Positions 21,945 through 34,381 of a stretch of 64,000 bases of DNA are shown here, piece after piece. How positions within the stretch are numbered: the first letter of the stretch is position 1; every line of letters starts with the position of its first letter. Both the position numbers and the translations under genes were made by a program. Source of the DNA: Eledone cirrhosa (Eukaryota); contig OZ024741.1 of NCBI GenBank assembly GCA_964016885.1, positions 33,294,001 to 33,358,000 of the forward strand, written 5' to 3'. The notes beneath the pieces are model-generated. The model was given only the letters and a program-made list of their open reading frames with translations. It had not been told where the DNA came from and made no database searches.

Positions 21945-23778
21945 CTATTTTGGTGTTGAAAGTGAAGAAAGAAAAGCACTTACCTCTCCGGGTTGCGTAA
22001 TTTCCATGGCATCAGGTGTGTTGGGTGGAGGGATGTTTTGTGGTGGTGTGGGGGTACACGTGTGTGGTGGGGTTGGGGTATTTGGAGTTGTGTCAGGGAG
22101 AGGGGCGGTTATGGGGAAATCTTTCAAGAGGACGCGATTCAACGGTTTTAAACAGGGGGGGCTCACGTCCCGTCTAAATTGTTCTTTTAAGGAACGATAA
22201 AGGTCCAGAGGGACCTTTATCATTTTTAAATGGGTGAAGTTCTCTGTTGAGATAAAGTTTGGCCCTTCGGTCTGCACCATAGGGTTATTGTTTATTAATT
22301 TAACCAGTTTTTTGTTTTCTTTATTTATATATGTGTATTGCAACGTCTTTTTTTTGTGATGCTGTCAATGTTTCGGAGAGGGGAGGCGCAGATTTATTTT
22401 TGTTTGTTGAGGGTGGGGTGTTTTTGATTGGAGTTGGTGTTTGTGTGTGGGTTATTTGTGGTGTGCTGGGTGTGTGTTTTCTTTTTTTTCTTTTAACTTG
22501 TCTGAAGGCTTCTCCTCCTTCTTCTTCAGAAGTTGGGGGAAACTCTTCAGCGCTAGGTGGGAGGGACGTGTTGTGTGGTTGTTTTTTTTTTGCGGGAGGG
22601 GTAGATTTGTTACTGTTTTTTTTATTATTTGTTTGGAATGGGTTTTGTGGTGGTGTTGGTAATGTTTGTGTCGTGCTTGTGGTTGGTGATGGTGGTGGTG
22701 ATGTTTGTGTTGTGGTTGGTGGTGGTGATTTTTGTGTCGTGCTTGTGTTTGGTGCTGGTGGTGGTGATGTTTGTGTTGTGTTTGTGGTTGGTGGTGTCTG
22801 TATTTTGTTTGCTGTGTGTGGTATTAGTGTATTTTTGGAGGTGGGTGGTGTTGGTGTACTGTTTGTGGTGGGTGTGGGCAATAGTCCTTTTTGGGGGATA
22901 CGTTTCGGGCAGTTAGCCTTAACGTGTCCCCTTTCCATGCATAAATAGCATGCTGGTCTTCTCCCCTCTACAATTATGTCTATTGGGGTAAGGTCATCCA
23001 GCCAGATGCGATCCGGGATTTGTGCTATTCTTTCGGGCCTCATTTGGACTAGTATGTCGAGGCCCATTCCCAGGAACGCATCTCCAGTTGCCTTCCCCAT
23101 TGACAGCATAGTGTCTTCGCCCATATCAATGAAGCCAGCAATAGCCCACCAGAAGTCCATTGTGGGCAGCATTGTTTTTACTTTTACTCTCTGTGTTCTT
23201 CTACCCATGTAGGAGGGATAGAAGCTATATGTTGTCGACGAGAGTGGGCTTAGGGAAAGCTTCTCCGCCGTTTCTTTGTCTCTTGTTAGGACCGAAATGC
23301 TGCCATAGAGTCGGTCCTTTCGTATGAAGAGAATATTCTTCATATAGTCTTTTAGGACTAACTCTATTTCCATTTGGCTGGGCTGTGCTGGCTTTCTTGT
23401 CTGGTTCAGTATAGTTCTGTATAGAACTGTGTTTTCTGCTCTGGCTTTCTTGAATTCTGGGGGGGAGTTAATGGAAAACATTCCGTTCTCCCCCAAAACA
23501 ATGTGTTTCTTTGCTTCGGCCAGTTTTTCTCTGGCGGCAGTTAGGTCAATTGGTGTGTATGTAATGGATTGTTTTGTTTTCTGGGCGAAAGTTGCCCTGT
23601 CGTTATTTGTATTATTTTCTGTTTGTTTGTTTTCTGTTTGCTCATTTTCCTTAACATTTGTTTTTTCATTTTGTTTGTTTGTTTCAATGTCTAATTTTGT
23701 TGTAATTATTTTTTGTTCTTCAGACTTGGGGGGCGTGGCAGAGCTAATGGCAGACATGTCTGCCATCTTTTCCGCCAT
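21945..23778 (-). pseudogene. ORF1 of copy 3 with +1 frameshift in an A-run (A8 vs A7, ~22348-22355)
   Basis: Split into 22321-23805 and 21945-22343; may be a homopolymer consensus error. Confidence 0.85.
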
Positions 23779-23981
23779 GCTGCCAAGAAAGAAATTTTTC
23801 GGCAAAAATAGATATTTATTTTACCCCCTAAAAAGGGGGTAAATGCAAAAATGTTTCCCTAAATAACAGGGGTTAGTGTTCCAAATGTGTTGCACTAAAA
23901 AATTTATCCGGTACTTACAATAGTAAGGGTAAATCCCGATGGAATAGCGGAGCCGATGCGAAGCGTGTCTTACTCTATCAA

Positions 23982-24028
23982 GATAGATAGATAGATAGAT
24001 AGACAGATAGATAGATAGATAGATAGAC

Positions 24029-24079
<51 letters not shown>

Positions 24080-24080
24080 C
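23982..24080. repeat. (GATA)5 GACA (GATA)5 GACA (GATA)12, right flank
   Basis: Direct reading. Confidence 0.95.
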
Positions 24081-24462
24081 GGATTGATATGTTTCTTTAT
24101 TAGCCACAGGGGCACAAACGAAGGGGACAAATACAAAGGGGGAAGTTTACATACAATTAAAACGTGTAAAATATTATCACAAATGCAATTTAAAAATTAA
24201 TCGATTTTCCCCAATAGGGGAGACATTACATATGGGTAACACATACCCCTGAAAAAAAAATGTGCAACCCTCATCTCCAGGAGTATGAAGAGTTTGTACT
24301 CCTTTCCTCTCCTCCTCTTTTTCCTCAACCTACAGGCTGATATAGAGAGAAGGCCCATTCACTCGGGCCATTCTCGCCACATTCACCCACCTTTCATAAA
24401 ACTTGCTGGGGTACAGCACCTCTCTCTCCATCCTGATTTTCTTCCAAAGTGGTATTTGAAAA
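24081..24462 (-). mobile_element. 5'-truncated, diverged relative of the Tx1-type element (ORF2 C-terminus + 3'UTR)
   Basis: KIRMEREVLYPSKFYERWVNVARMARVNGPSLYISL vs RIRMEREVLGPRQFYERWVKEARMARVNGPSLYIVL; 3'UTR gccacaggggcacaaacgaaggggaca vs gccacgagggcacaaaagaaggggaca; GATA repeats on both sides (second tract 24463-24483). Confidence 0.9.
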
Positions 24463-24679
24463 ATAGATAGATAGATAGATAGAATGAGTATATAAACCCA
24501 TCTAATACATGTTTCCTTGTGGTTATATTGGATGATATACACATTTTCTGATGAGGGCCCAATATCATACACTGCGGCTGCTAGCACACTAATCACTATA
24601 TATCTTAAATAATTACCATCACGAGCGCTAATTATGCGTTAATTAGTATGTCCATTTCAGGATAATAATTAGGACAACT

Positions 24680-25168
24680 AAGGAATGAAAATCGGGAGTG
24701 ATAATCCCTATTTTCAAAAAGAGAGACAAGGGAGATTACTCCAATTATAGATGGATCACCTTGTTAAGGCTTTCCGGGAAAGTTTACGCTACATGTTTGA
24801 CAAAGAGATGTAGAGAGATTGTCGAGACAAAGCTAACTGTTGAACAGTGTGGTTTTCGCCAGATGCAGCACAGCCGATCGAATATTCACACTGTGGCAGG
24901 TCTTTGAGAAATGGTGGGAGTAATGCCAAGAGGTGTATTTGTAAATCTCGAAAAGGGATATAACCGCGTTCCATAGGACCTGCTGTGGAAGGTTCTGCAG
25001 GAATATAGAATCGGTGGTCAGCTTCTTGTTACCCTGATGTCTCTATACGAATGCCCAAGTATTTGTGTGCGGATAAATGGTACTAAATTGAAACCATTCA
25101 TTGTAGGAGTCGGACTCCGTCAGGGGTGAGTACTGTCACCTCTCCTGTTCATTATTATCATAAACAAG
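24680..25168 (+). pseudogene. Degenerate RTE-like reverse transcriptase fragment
   Basis: IIPIFKKRDKGDYSNYRWITLL...KVYA...EQCGFR and downstream VGVGLRQG*VLSPLLF. Confidence 0.85.
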
Positions 25169-25169
25169 A

Positions 25170-25361
25170 TGGTGGATTGGCAGTATCGGTAGAGTGTCGG
25201 ATGCCATGCTTTGCAGCAAAGAGTTACGGTCTTTTATGGTCTGAGTTCAAATCCCGCCGGGGTTAACTTTGCCTTTCATCCTTACGGGGTCGATAAAATA
25301 AAGTACCTGTAATACACTGGGATAATTGCTGGCCTTGTGCCTAAAGTAGAAACAATTATTA
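25170..25361 (+). mobile_element. tRNA-derived SINE (dominant family in window)
   Basis: A box TGGCAGTATCGG, B box GAGTTCAAATCC, body ctttgcctttcatccttacggggtcgataaaataaagtacc, tail gtagaaacaattatta. Confidence 0.85.
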
Positions 25362-25448
25362 TCATGAACAGGATTGACATGAGCAGCCGAGTTGGACGTG
25401 ATATCACTACTGGTAGATTCAATCGGCTGGAATTTAGTGTACACACAC

Positions 25449-25503
<55 letters not shown>

Positions 25504-26149
25504 GTATATAGTACGTATGAGCATGTTCTAAATTGAATACATGACTGTGTTCTTTTGTTATTGTTTTCAAGGTTTCTGTATTTTCATATTTCCTTGTATT
25601 TTGTTTAGAACAATATTTTTTCAAACCCCTCATCACCGTTTCTAGACCTTTATACCCCCAACTTTGATAATGTTGGAGTGTGTTTCTACTTCGTTATAGC
25701 TGGCAAAGCCGATGTAATCGTTGTAGGTATTATCACGGAACTTTTGAATTATAATTTAGATTTTGACGTCACCAGACAGGTGTTTATTCTGTTTCCGATT
25801 AATGTATACTAGTAAAAACTCCTCACTACGCTGCAGGTAAAAATATTTGTTAATCATGTACTTACCATCATAAATTGTTCAAATAATGTTTAGATTTACT
25901 TTCTCGAGGAAGATTAATAACAGTTTGAATATTGTTAAACATGACATCTATTCTGCATAATAAGTATAGTTGCTGATTTAAAAGGCGGCAATTTTAAGTA
26001 AAAGTCTGTCAACGCGGTAGTTTCTATGGTGACAACACACTTATAAACTTCAGTGAAACCGTTTCCTTATGAAAGTTATTGAAATATGTTAATTTGTTAT
26101 TATGACGTCACCTATTGTTAAATTACGCTTTAAAATATCTATCTTTCAT

Positions 26150-26182
<33 letters not shown>

Positions 26183-26340
26183 CACTCTCTCTCTCTCTCT
26201 CTCTCTTTCTCTTTCTTTCTCTTGCAACAACAATAACAACAACAAAACTGTCATTATAATTAAAGTCTTTTTTTTTAAAAGTCTGTCGTCACCACTTTCA
26301 TTCTGACGTAATAAACGATCAATCTATCTTCACACACACA

Positions 26341-26416
<76 letters not shown>

Positions 26417-26461
26417 GGAGAGACAGACGGAGAAACAGCTTCTCTCTTATAATATAGGTCA

Positions 26462-27068
26462 TTAGGTTGTCTAATAATTTGTGTTGCATTTTCTTACTGA
26501 AAACTTTGAGGCTAAACAAAACATGCATAGTAAAACATATTCAATCGAAATACCCTTACACCAGCATATAATAAAGCTTCTTGTACAGCTGATATATTCT
26601 AGAATTGTCTATTCTTTGTATAGTTATCAATTTGTTGTTTTTAAAAAAGTATTGTCTGTAGGAGAGACATCAAGAGAATATAAAGAGGGGTCCCTAAAAG
26701 TGTTGTCATTAAAATATCGCTTAAAGCAATCAATATTTTCTCACATTTGAACCATCTTAGTATTGTATGCTCACTATCAGAAAATCCACTAAATGTATTA
26801 CTGATGTTTGCTGCAACTTTAGAAGCTTTTTTTCTCCGTTTGTACTCATGAAGAAAAATCGTACGCAATTTGTTTGGATCAATGATGTTCTAACGCTATA
26901 CTGATTGAACATTTACGAAAGAAAATAATCTAGAATAAAGATAGTTAACGAAAGGGTACTCCAAAAAGAATCATTGTATGGTGCACTTGTATTAAATAAA
27001 ATTTTATTTTGTTGGTTATTGTAACAACTTGTAAAAAAAAGTGTCCAAAACTTATTTGACAACTTGTA
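26462..27068 (-). mobile_element. Internally deleted mariner-like DNA transposon
   Basis: Imperfect TIRs ttaggttgtctaataa / ttatttgacaacttgta; ORF 26641-26868 RTIFLHEYKRRKKASKVAANISNTF...EHTILRWFK resembles the mariner transposase N-terminal HTH. Confidence 0.75.
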
Positions 27069-27289
27069 TGTATATTTTAGCATTGCACTGTACTGCAAGC
27101 ATTGCTTCAGTCTTCAATCACCTACTTGTGTATGTAATTCTGAAAAATATATGTGTTATCCATTAATGTTTACCGATTTAGATTTTTTTGGTGCTAGCTG
27201 TCATTTCATAGTGAGTTGCTGAGAGAGAGTTGTAATTGTAGAGCCAATATGCAGTGGGAATGAGCTTTGCAACGTTCACGTTTACAATA

Positions 27290-27640
27290 GAATTTATATA
27301 TTCACATTGGTCATTAGTAGCTTGTTCTCGGGTTTATATACTTTTCGCTTGTCGTTGATAAGAAGAGATTTTATTTTACTGTTTTTGTAGTATATCATCA
27401 GGGTTAATTTATGGTTTGGTGTAATGCATTTTTGTGTGTGTTTTACGAGGTTTTTGATAATGTGTTCACCTATGCTATGGTTAGTATACATTTGATTCAT
27501 GTGGTACACTTTATGTGTGGCATCTATATTTTTAATAGGTTTGGCGTATGATGTATTTGATGCGTTGTATTACTTGTTGTATTGTTCCATGGCTCGGTTT
27601 ATCAGTTTGTTAGAATACACGTTGATGATTTGTGGTGTTT
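27290..27640 (-). pseudogene. Possible Penelope-like element ORF fragment (RT to GIY-YIG linker)
   Basis: KLTLMIYYKNSKIKSLLIN resembles the LIIYYKxxKxxxL motif I associate with PLE proteins; not verified by search. Confidence 0.45.
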
Positions 27641-28503
27641 GTGTTATTCACTGGATTATTTTTTCTATCTAAAACTTCGTTTAGAATCAGAATCTAAATG
27701 CTTTCTCTAAGTAGGGATTTTACCACGGACATTTCGTATTTGTGTGTATATTCGAAAGCCCGTGTTATTCACGAATCTATTATACACAAATGCATTATTT
27801 GCAAAGTATTTACACGTGAATGTGCGTGGAATAGTGGTTAGGATTTGGGGCCTACGATCATAAGGTTGCAGTTTTTCAATTCCCTGACTGGGTAGCACAC
27901 GATGTTCTTGAAAATTAGAACCAGTGGTGGTAATTGGGTGTTGGATTGTCCAATGGGTTGCCATGTACCTGTCAATCGCTTCACACCTCATTAATCCGGG
28001 TTAAACTGCTAAAATACATAGTATTCTCAAATGTATACATGTATTCTCCGCAGTTCCAGCGGAATACACAATATTGACAAGGAGCATGACACTCCAAAAC
28101 AATTGTTAGTTGTCAATTGTTGATTGTTTTCTCTCAGCTACCGCTGGAACAAAACAATGACGTTGTCATCTACCACGTGGTGTCTTATGAGGCTTGCCGT
28201 CCACCGGGGAAACACCTTCTCCATTCTGTCCGCCGGGGCTGTGGGTGGGCCCCATCGCGTACCAATACATTAGTTAAATACCATTCTTTCATCTGATATA
28301 TCTCTAAATTATATTTTGTATAAAACAAAATATCTACATATATACATCATAATTGCTTTTCCTTTTAGTTATCTCGATGTAAGAATTAGAAAAATAACTG
28401 ACGAAAGTATGAACATACTGAACTTCTAATTTGCTCACTGCATGTAAAAAAGAAAGTTTTTAATCATATTAATAATGAGATGATATTATTATAATAGTAT
28501 TAT

Positions 28504-28699
28504 AGGGCGGTGGATTGGCAGTATCGGTTGAGGGTCGGACGCCATGCTTTCCAGCATAGTTACGTCCCTTTACGATCTGAGTTCAAATCCCGCCGAGGTT
28601 GACTTTGCCTTTCATCCTTACGGGGTCGATAAAATAAAAAGTACCAGTAATGCACTGAGTAATTGCTGGCCTTGTGCCTAAAGTAGAAACAATTATTAT
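28504..28699 (+). mobile_element. tRNA-derived SINE, full length
   Basis: agggcggtggattggcagtatcgg...gagttcaaatcccgcc...gtagaaacaattatt. Confidence 0.85.
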
Positions 28700-28709
28700 T
28701 CAGTCACGA

Positions 28710-28786
<77 letters not shown>

Positions 28787-29177
28787 CAGATTGTACCAAT
28801 CGTAGTTGATGACCCATACACTAACAGGAAAGAACATGCTACACGCACTGAATCACCTTTAACAACTACAATTTAGATAAGCAATCACTCATTCAGGAGC
28901 TGGTCATTCATGTGAAGATAAGAGGAGATAACCCGACGAATTACTGTTGAAGCAACACTCATAAATCAAGAAAGTCTATTTCTTGATTTTAACTGACGTT
29001 TATATAAGGAAGTAAGCAGCTCCTCGGAGACATATTGCACTAATCTTCATGCATATGTAAATACTAACAGTAAGCCTTGTAGCAACTCAATGAAACGATA
29101 TTTATATCTAAATAACCAGTTATTATTTAAATTCCCTTGCATAACGTAAGATTTGTAAATAATTCTTCGTAAATATT

Positions 29178-29705
29178 TAATAATTGTTTCTACTTTTGGC
29201 ACAAGGCCAGCAATTATACCAGTACATTACTGGTACTTTATTTTATCGACCCCGTAAGGATGAAAGGCAAAGTTAACCTCGGCGGGATTTGAACTCAGAT
29301 CGTAAAGGGACGTAACTATGCTGGAAAGCATGTCCGACCCTCTACCGATACTGCCAATTCACCGCCCTAATAATTGTTTCTACTTTTGGCACAAGGCCAG
29401 CAATTACCCAGTATATTACTGGTACTTTATTTTATCGACCCCGTAAGGATGAAAAGCAAAGTTAACCTCGGCGGGATTTGAACTCAGACCATAAAGGGCC
29501 GTAACTCTTTGCTGCAAAGCATGGCGTCCGTCCCTCTACCGATACTGCCAATCCACCGCCCTAAATATTTAATAATGGTTTCTGATTTAGGCACAAGGCC
29601 AACAATTTTGGAGTAGAGGAAAGTCGATTGCGTTTACTCCAGTGTATTACTGGTATTTTATTTTGTCGATCTTGTTAGTATGAAATGCAAAGATAACCTC
29701 AGCGG
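29178..29705 (-). mobile_element. Two full SINEs head-to-tail plus a third partial copy
   Basis: Units ~29178-29368, ~29369-29562, ~29570-29705. Confidence 0.85.
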
Positions 29706-29869
29706 GAAAGAAAACGATGTCTCAAAAGTTAGAAAAAACATCTAACTTATCCTACATTAAACATCTAATTTTTACCATATATGTTTAAAAGAAAATTTGC
29801 AGAAAATGCAGCCATGCAGGTATTTGTTACGCTACGCTTCGAGTGATTTGTATTAATTATAAAGTAACA

Positions 29870-30090
29870 AGGTCAGTGGATTGGCAGAGACGTTAGAGTG
29901 TCGGACAAAATGCTTCCCTGCATAGGTTTACGCCTCTTTACGTTCTGATTCAAATCTCGCCGAAGTTAGCTTTGCCTTTCATCCTTACGTGGTCGTTAAA
30001 ATAAAGTACCAGTAACACACTGGGGTCGATTTAATCGACTTTCCCCTTCCCTTCAAATTGCTTGCATTGTGCCTAAATCAGAAACCATTA
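29870..30090 (+). mobile_element. SINE (longer-tail subfamily)
   Basis: gtggattggcagagacgttagag...ggggtcgatttaatcgactttcccc...cagaaaccatta. Confidence 0.8.
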
Positions 30091-30742
30091 TCATGTAACT
30101 AGTGTATTGCCCGTCATATGATGTGTACATTTTGGAAGTTTACGTTCGACAATAGGGCAACAGTAGAGAAATATATAAAAATATATAAATATATTAATAG
30201 AAACAAATAAATGAATTCCCTACGCCTGTATTGGACTAAACGATTCCTTATGTTGCTCATAACCAAACACTAAAAACTCTGTATTAATGGAAGCAGTGAT
30301 TTTGGAAAAGGGGAAAAAGGGAATTTGAGAAAAGGAATATATATATTTTGGTTGGTTAATCTGTGAATGCTTGTTTAATAAAAGAAATTATTCAATTCAA
30401 TATGCTTATATAGATTAAGCAATCTATCTGTGGATATCGGTATTTTCGTCTATGGGCGTCTTCAGTACAGAGATGGTCTGCAGAAAATTTAAGGATTGGA
30501 ATGTTTGTAAAAATAGTTGGAGTGAAAAAAGAAAACGGTAAAAAATGATTCTATATAGTAGGAAAATGGAACAGAATAAGAGAAAATAAAGCCGATTGTG
30601 TTGAATTCTTGGTAACTTACTAATCTTTTCATTGTCTCTGTTTCATTTTCTCCGTGTGAATTATAAATACGTATAATTTGTCGACTTAGGAATTCGATGT
30701 AACAATCCGAGATGTCCTTTCGGCATGGTACGTGCTTAAAAT

Positions 30743-31385
30743 TAAAGACTTCGCAAAATTTCTCTTTTTGCTTCCTCTAATATAATTTATTTATTGCGGT
30801 TATCCAGCCATAATTTTCTTCGATACACTCCCTAATATGTGCAAGGGGGTCTTGTAGATACCGTATTCGATTTTCTTGACACATTGCCAGATGGTGAATT
30901 CGGATGAAAAACTTACCTTCTGTTATCCAACGTGAATGAAATACAAATAAGCCAGTAGTTCGCTCGGCGAAAAAAAAGGGTTTCGGTTGGTTGATCTGCG
31001 AACATACTCGGAAAAGAATGTTTGGCTAGCAAATGTAGGCATATGGATAAATTCCGGTAACCAGTAAGATGTGTGTTGCGGTTGGTTGATCTGCGAACAT
31101 ACTCGGAAGAGAGTAAGAGAAGGGTATGTTTGTGTAGGTCGCCATATTGGAACAATAACAATAAATAATTGTGGTGCCTTCGTGATATCTTTAATACGTT
31201 GGATAACAGAAGGCAAGTCGTCTTTCATCTGAATTCACTCATCTGGGAATGTGCCGAGAAAATGGACTAGGGAATCAAAAATTCATCCTCGCGCGCATTA
31301 GGGGGCGTTTTGAAGAAAATCATTGCTGGATAACCGCCAAAAAAGAAAATTGGCAAAACAGAAAAAGAATTTCTGGGAAGCCTTT
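30743..31385. mobile_element. MITE/fold-back-like element with long diverged inverted repeats
   Basis: gcggttatccagc (30796) / gctggataaccgc (31325); cttctgttatccaacgt / acgttggataacagaag; internal direct repeat gttggttgatctgcgaacatactcggaa x2. Confidence 0.7.
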
Positions 31386-32336
31386 AATATATATTTTTCA
31401 TATATGTTTATCTCAATCATGAACGAAGGAGTGGAAAGAAAACTTCATTTCGTGCAAATACAGAAAACTAACATACACATACATTTGGAATAGCCAGCAG
31501 TTTCCCCTTGATCACTGGCGCTGTCGTTGCCAGTTTCGTCACTGACTTTAGAAAGAAAACATCTACTAAGGATGTCGCTTCAACTAAGGCTTGTTCGACC
31601 GTTAATAATTATAGTTTCTACCTTTCAATTACTGAAATGTTACATGTAGGAGAGGTAAAGAAAAATATACCCTATAATCTATGATCTGATCAACAACTTC
31701 TAGAACGACTGCAACAAAATCTTATTCTTTTTCAAACTTCGACCATAAACCAAAACAAAACAGATTTTATATTTACTGTTGGTCTCTTTAGACTCAACAT
31801 TCCAAATAAAACAACACGTTTTAATGCTTTGTATGCATTTATTGGGCTTTTTAATTATTTTAAATCCTTATATTATCGCAATATATTTGGAAAACTGCCA
31901 CGAAACTCAATTTATGATTTCATTCGAATGGAACAATTCTAGTCCTGTAGTAGCCATTTCTATATTAAATTTCGTTGTTCTCATTCTACTAATGTATTGA
32001 GTAGCGTTTTTGATTGTGGTTACTCCATATTTCATTCAGGTCACCCGGCCTTCGCCTCGGTCCTGACTATGCACAAATCTATTCATAAGGCAGCTATTGT
32101 CATCTATTGTAATGCCCTTTTACTTAAAATAAAAGATGTTAAAAGGTATTTAAATATTGCATAACAATCATAAAAATTTATTTAGAATATCATAGATAGA
32201 GTGGGCTACAAAAGTAGGTAATCGATAATGAAAAACAAAACGTGTACAAAATACATATTAAATGAAGACTGGCACCACTATTATAATACTGCTAATACCG
32301 GTTTAACGCTTACTGTATACCTATTTTTACAGCCCC

Positions 32337-32371
<35 letters not shown>

Positions 32372-32495
32372 TGTATGTATAGTATATTTGGCAATATACC
32401 GTATGTTTAATTGAAAACATTTAGAAGACCATACACTATCAGTTTTAAAGTAGTGACTATGTCACTAACTTATTTTCGGTGACAGAAGGGAGAGA

Positions 32496-32537
32496 GGCTG
32501 ACAGTCTGTTTCACGCTGGTCGGCGTTCATCAGAACC
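32496..32537 (-). ncRNA. Type I hammerhead ribozyme motif, canonical core
   Basis: GGUU-CUGAUGA-ACGC(cgacca)GCGU-GAAA-CAG(a)CUG-UC-AGCC; flank homologous to the element holding the 1100-1144 motif (gaagacc..gtagtgac..tcact..gggaga). Confidence 0.8.
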
Positions 32538-32556
32538 ACGCACTCCCCTGCTTCCA

Positions 32557-32598
<42 letters not shown>

Positions 32599-32659
32599 AG
32601 AGTCAGGACACCGACGGCTGAGCTCCCGCCATTTCGACAACTAGATGTATATAATGGAA

Positions 32660-32892
32660 GCGCGTGGCCATAATATTGTGATTTCAATTCATGGACTGGG
32701 TTGTGTGTTATGTTCTTTAGCAAAGCAATTCATGCTGCTCTAGTATACTCAACTGAAAAGGAGTACCAGCAATAGCTGGGAGTTTAACCCTGTGATTGAC
32801 TGGCGTCCTACTATTGTACTCTCAGTCGCTTAGCCCCATGGAAACCGGGATAAGACCCGGTCTGATGACCCTCAGGGCTCGAGACAGTCTTT
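32660..32892 (+). mobile_element. Older SINE of a second family
   Basis: aaccctgtgattgactggcgtcc...gaaaccgggataagacccggtctgatga stem-loop tail. Confidence 0.55.
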
Positions 32893-32894
32893 AG

Positions 32895-32933
<39 letters not shown>

Positions 32934-33114
32934 GAGGTTATATTTAATTTGTTGGGATTCAACAAGCTTAAACATTTTTATAACTGATGTATAATCATAA
33001 TTTTCTATCAGCCTCAATAAATCTAATATCTCCACTATCCAGGAAGCTCCAACCGTTAAGGTTGTCTTTTTTCAGGGCATGTCAATATTTATTTATAAAA
33101 CAAATCTGTATTGT

Positions 33115-33178
33115 ATTTTATCTGATGAAAGCGCACCATAATTTCCCTTGGTGGCCCTTGAAATATGTATAATAAAAT
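33115..33178 (+). ncRNA. Type I hammerhead motif (family of 48554-48616)
   Basis: AUUUUAU-CUGAUGA-..CACCA..UGGUG..-UGAAA-UA(ug)UA-UA-AUAAAAU. Confidence 0.65.
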
Positions 33179-33358
33179 AAATATGGTTTTATAAATATAG
33201 TTTCCATTTGTTAATATATTGTATATATATATATATATATATATGTAGATAAATCTACCAAAAGTTTACGGTAGTGTCCAGAAACGATCGTAAAATAATG
33301 AACTTTTTTTGTTTAATATAAGGAACTGTTTCTTTGTTTATTCATTATTTTTTTAATA

Positions 33359-33425
<67 letters not shown>

Positions 33426-33464
33426 GGTGACCTTTATATTAAGAGGATATTTTACAAACAGTCA

Positions 33465-33681
33465 AATAATGGTTTCTTATATAGGCACAAGGCCATTAAT
33501 TTTGGAGGAGAGGAAAGTCGATTAAATCGACCCAGTGCGTGACTGGTACTTTATTTTATCGACCCCGTAAGGATGAAAGGCAAAGTTAACCTCGGCGGGA
33601 TTTGAACTCAGATCATATAGAGTCGTAACTCCTTGCTGTAAAGCATGGCGTCCGATCCTCTACCGATACTGCCAATCCACC
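33465..33681 (-). mobile_element. SINE
   Basis: Same consensus, reverse strand. Confidence 0.85.
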
Positions 33682-33896
33682 AATAGGAGCGATCAATATA
33701 ATATTGGACGAGATTGCTCCAGCGTGGCAGGAGTTCAATGACAAGAACCAGAAAAAGATCATAAGTCTTTATTAATATTCACATCAGTCTGTTTTAATAT
33801 TTATGTATTTTGTAAAACAGAAAGAGTTCGTATGACCTATTGTAAACTGGCAGTCAACATGTCTGTTTGTCTACATGTATTTTAGTGTGTTAATGA

Positions 33897-33964
<68 letters not shown>

Positions 33965-34324
33965 GTGTGATGAAGTAATGTATTGGCATTCACATAGGAC
34001 AAGAGATCCTTAACCTCTTGGATCATGAGATCATGAGATCAACTCCGGACGTTGAATAAGTATTATTTTCATCGTTATGTCAGTGGAAGGTCGTCTCAAG
34101 CTCAAATATCATGTATTGATATGTTTGCTATTGAAATTTCGCCTTAAACAGAAGAAGGAACGTAAAGGTTGTTGTCAAACAAACAGTTATGTTATGTAAG
34201 GCGAATTGGTGTTTTAGGTTTAAAGTATAAGACACAGGAACACAGGAGACAGATTGTCTCATAAATAGACATGTAGGTAAAAGATAGATATGTAATCGGC
34301 TGGATGAAGAGTAAGAAACAAGAT

Positions 34325-34381
<57 letters not shown>

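Larger units (their letters stand above)
18278..23981 (-). mobile_element. Full-length L1/Tx1-type element, copy 3
   Basis: Near-identical to copy 2, same termini. Confidence 0.95.

Noticed and set aside
6731-23981. LTR retrotransposon or endogenous virus interpretation of the direct repeats
   Set aside because: APE endonuclease plus non-LTR RT, no integrase or protease; the repeats are whole elements
25170-25260. tRNA genes at A/B box motifs
   Set aside because: No cloverleaf; these are heads of a multi-copy SINE
32840-32890. GAAAC...CTGATGA as a hammerhead
   Set aside because: Helices do not close in hammerhead topology; better explained as the stem-loop tail of a SINE
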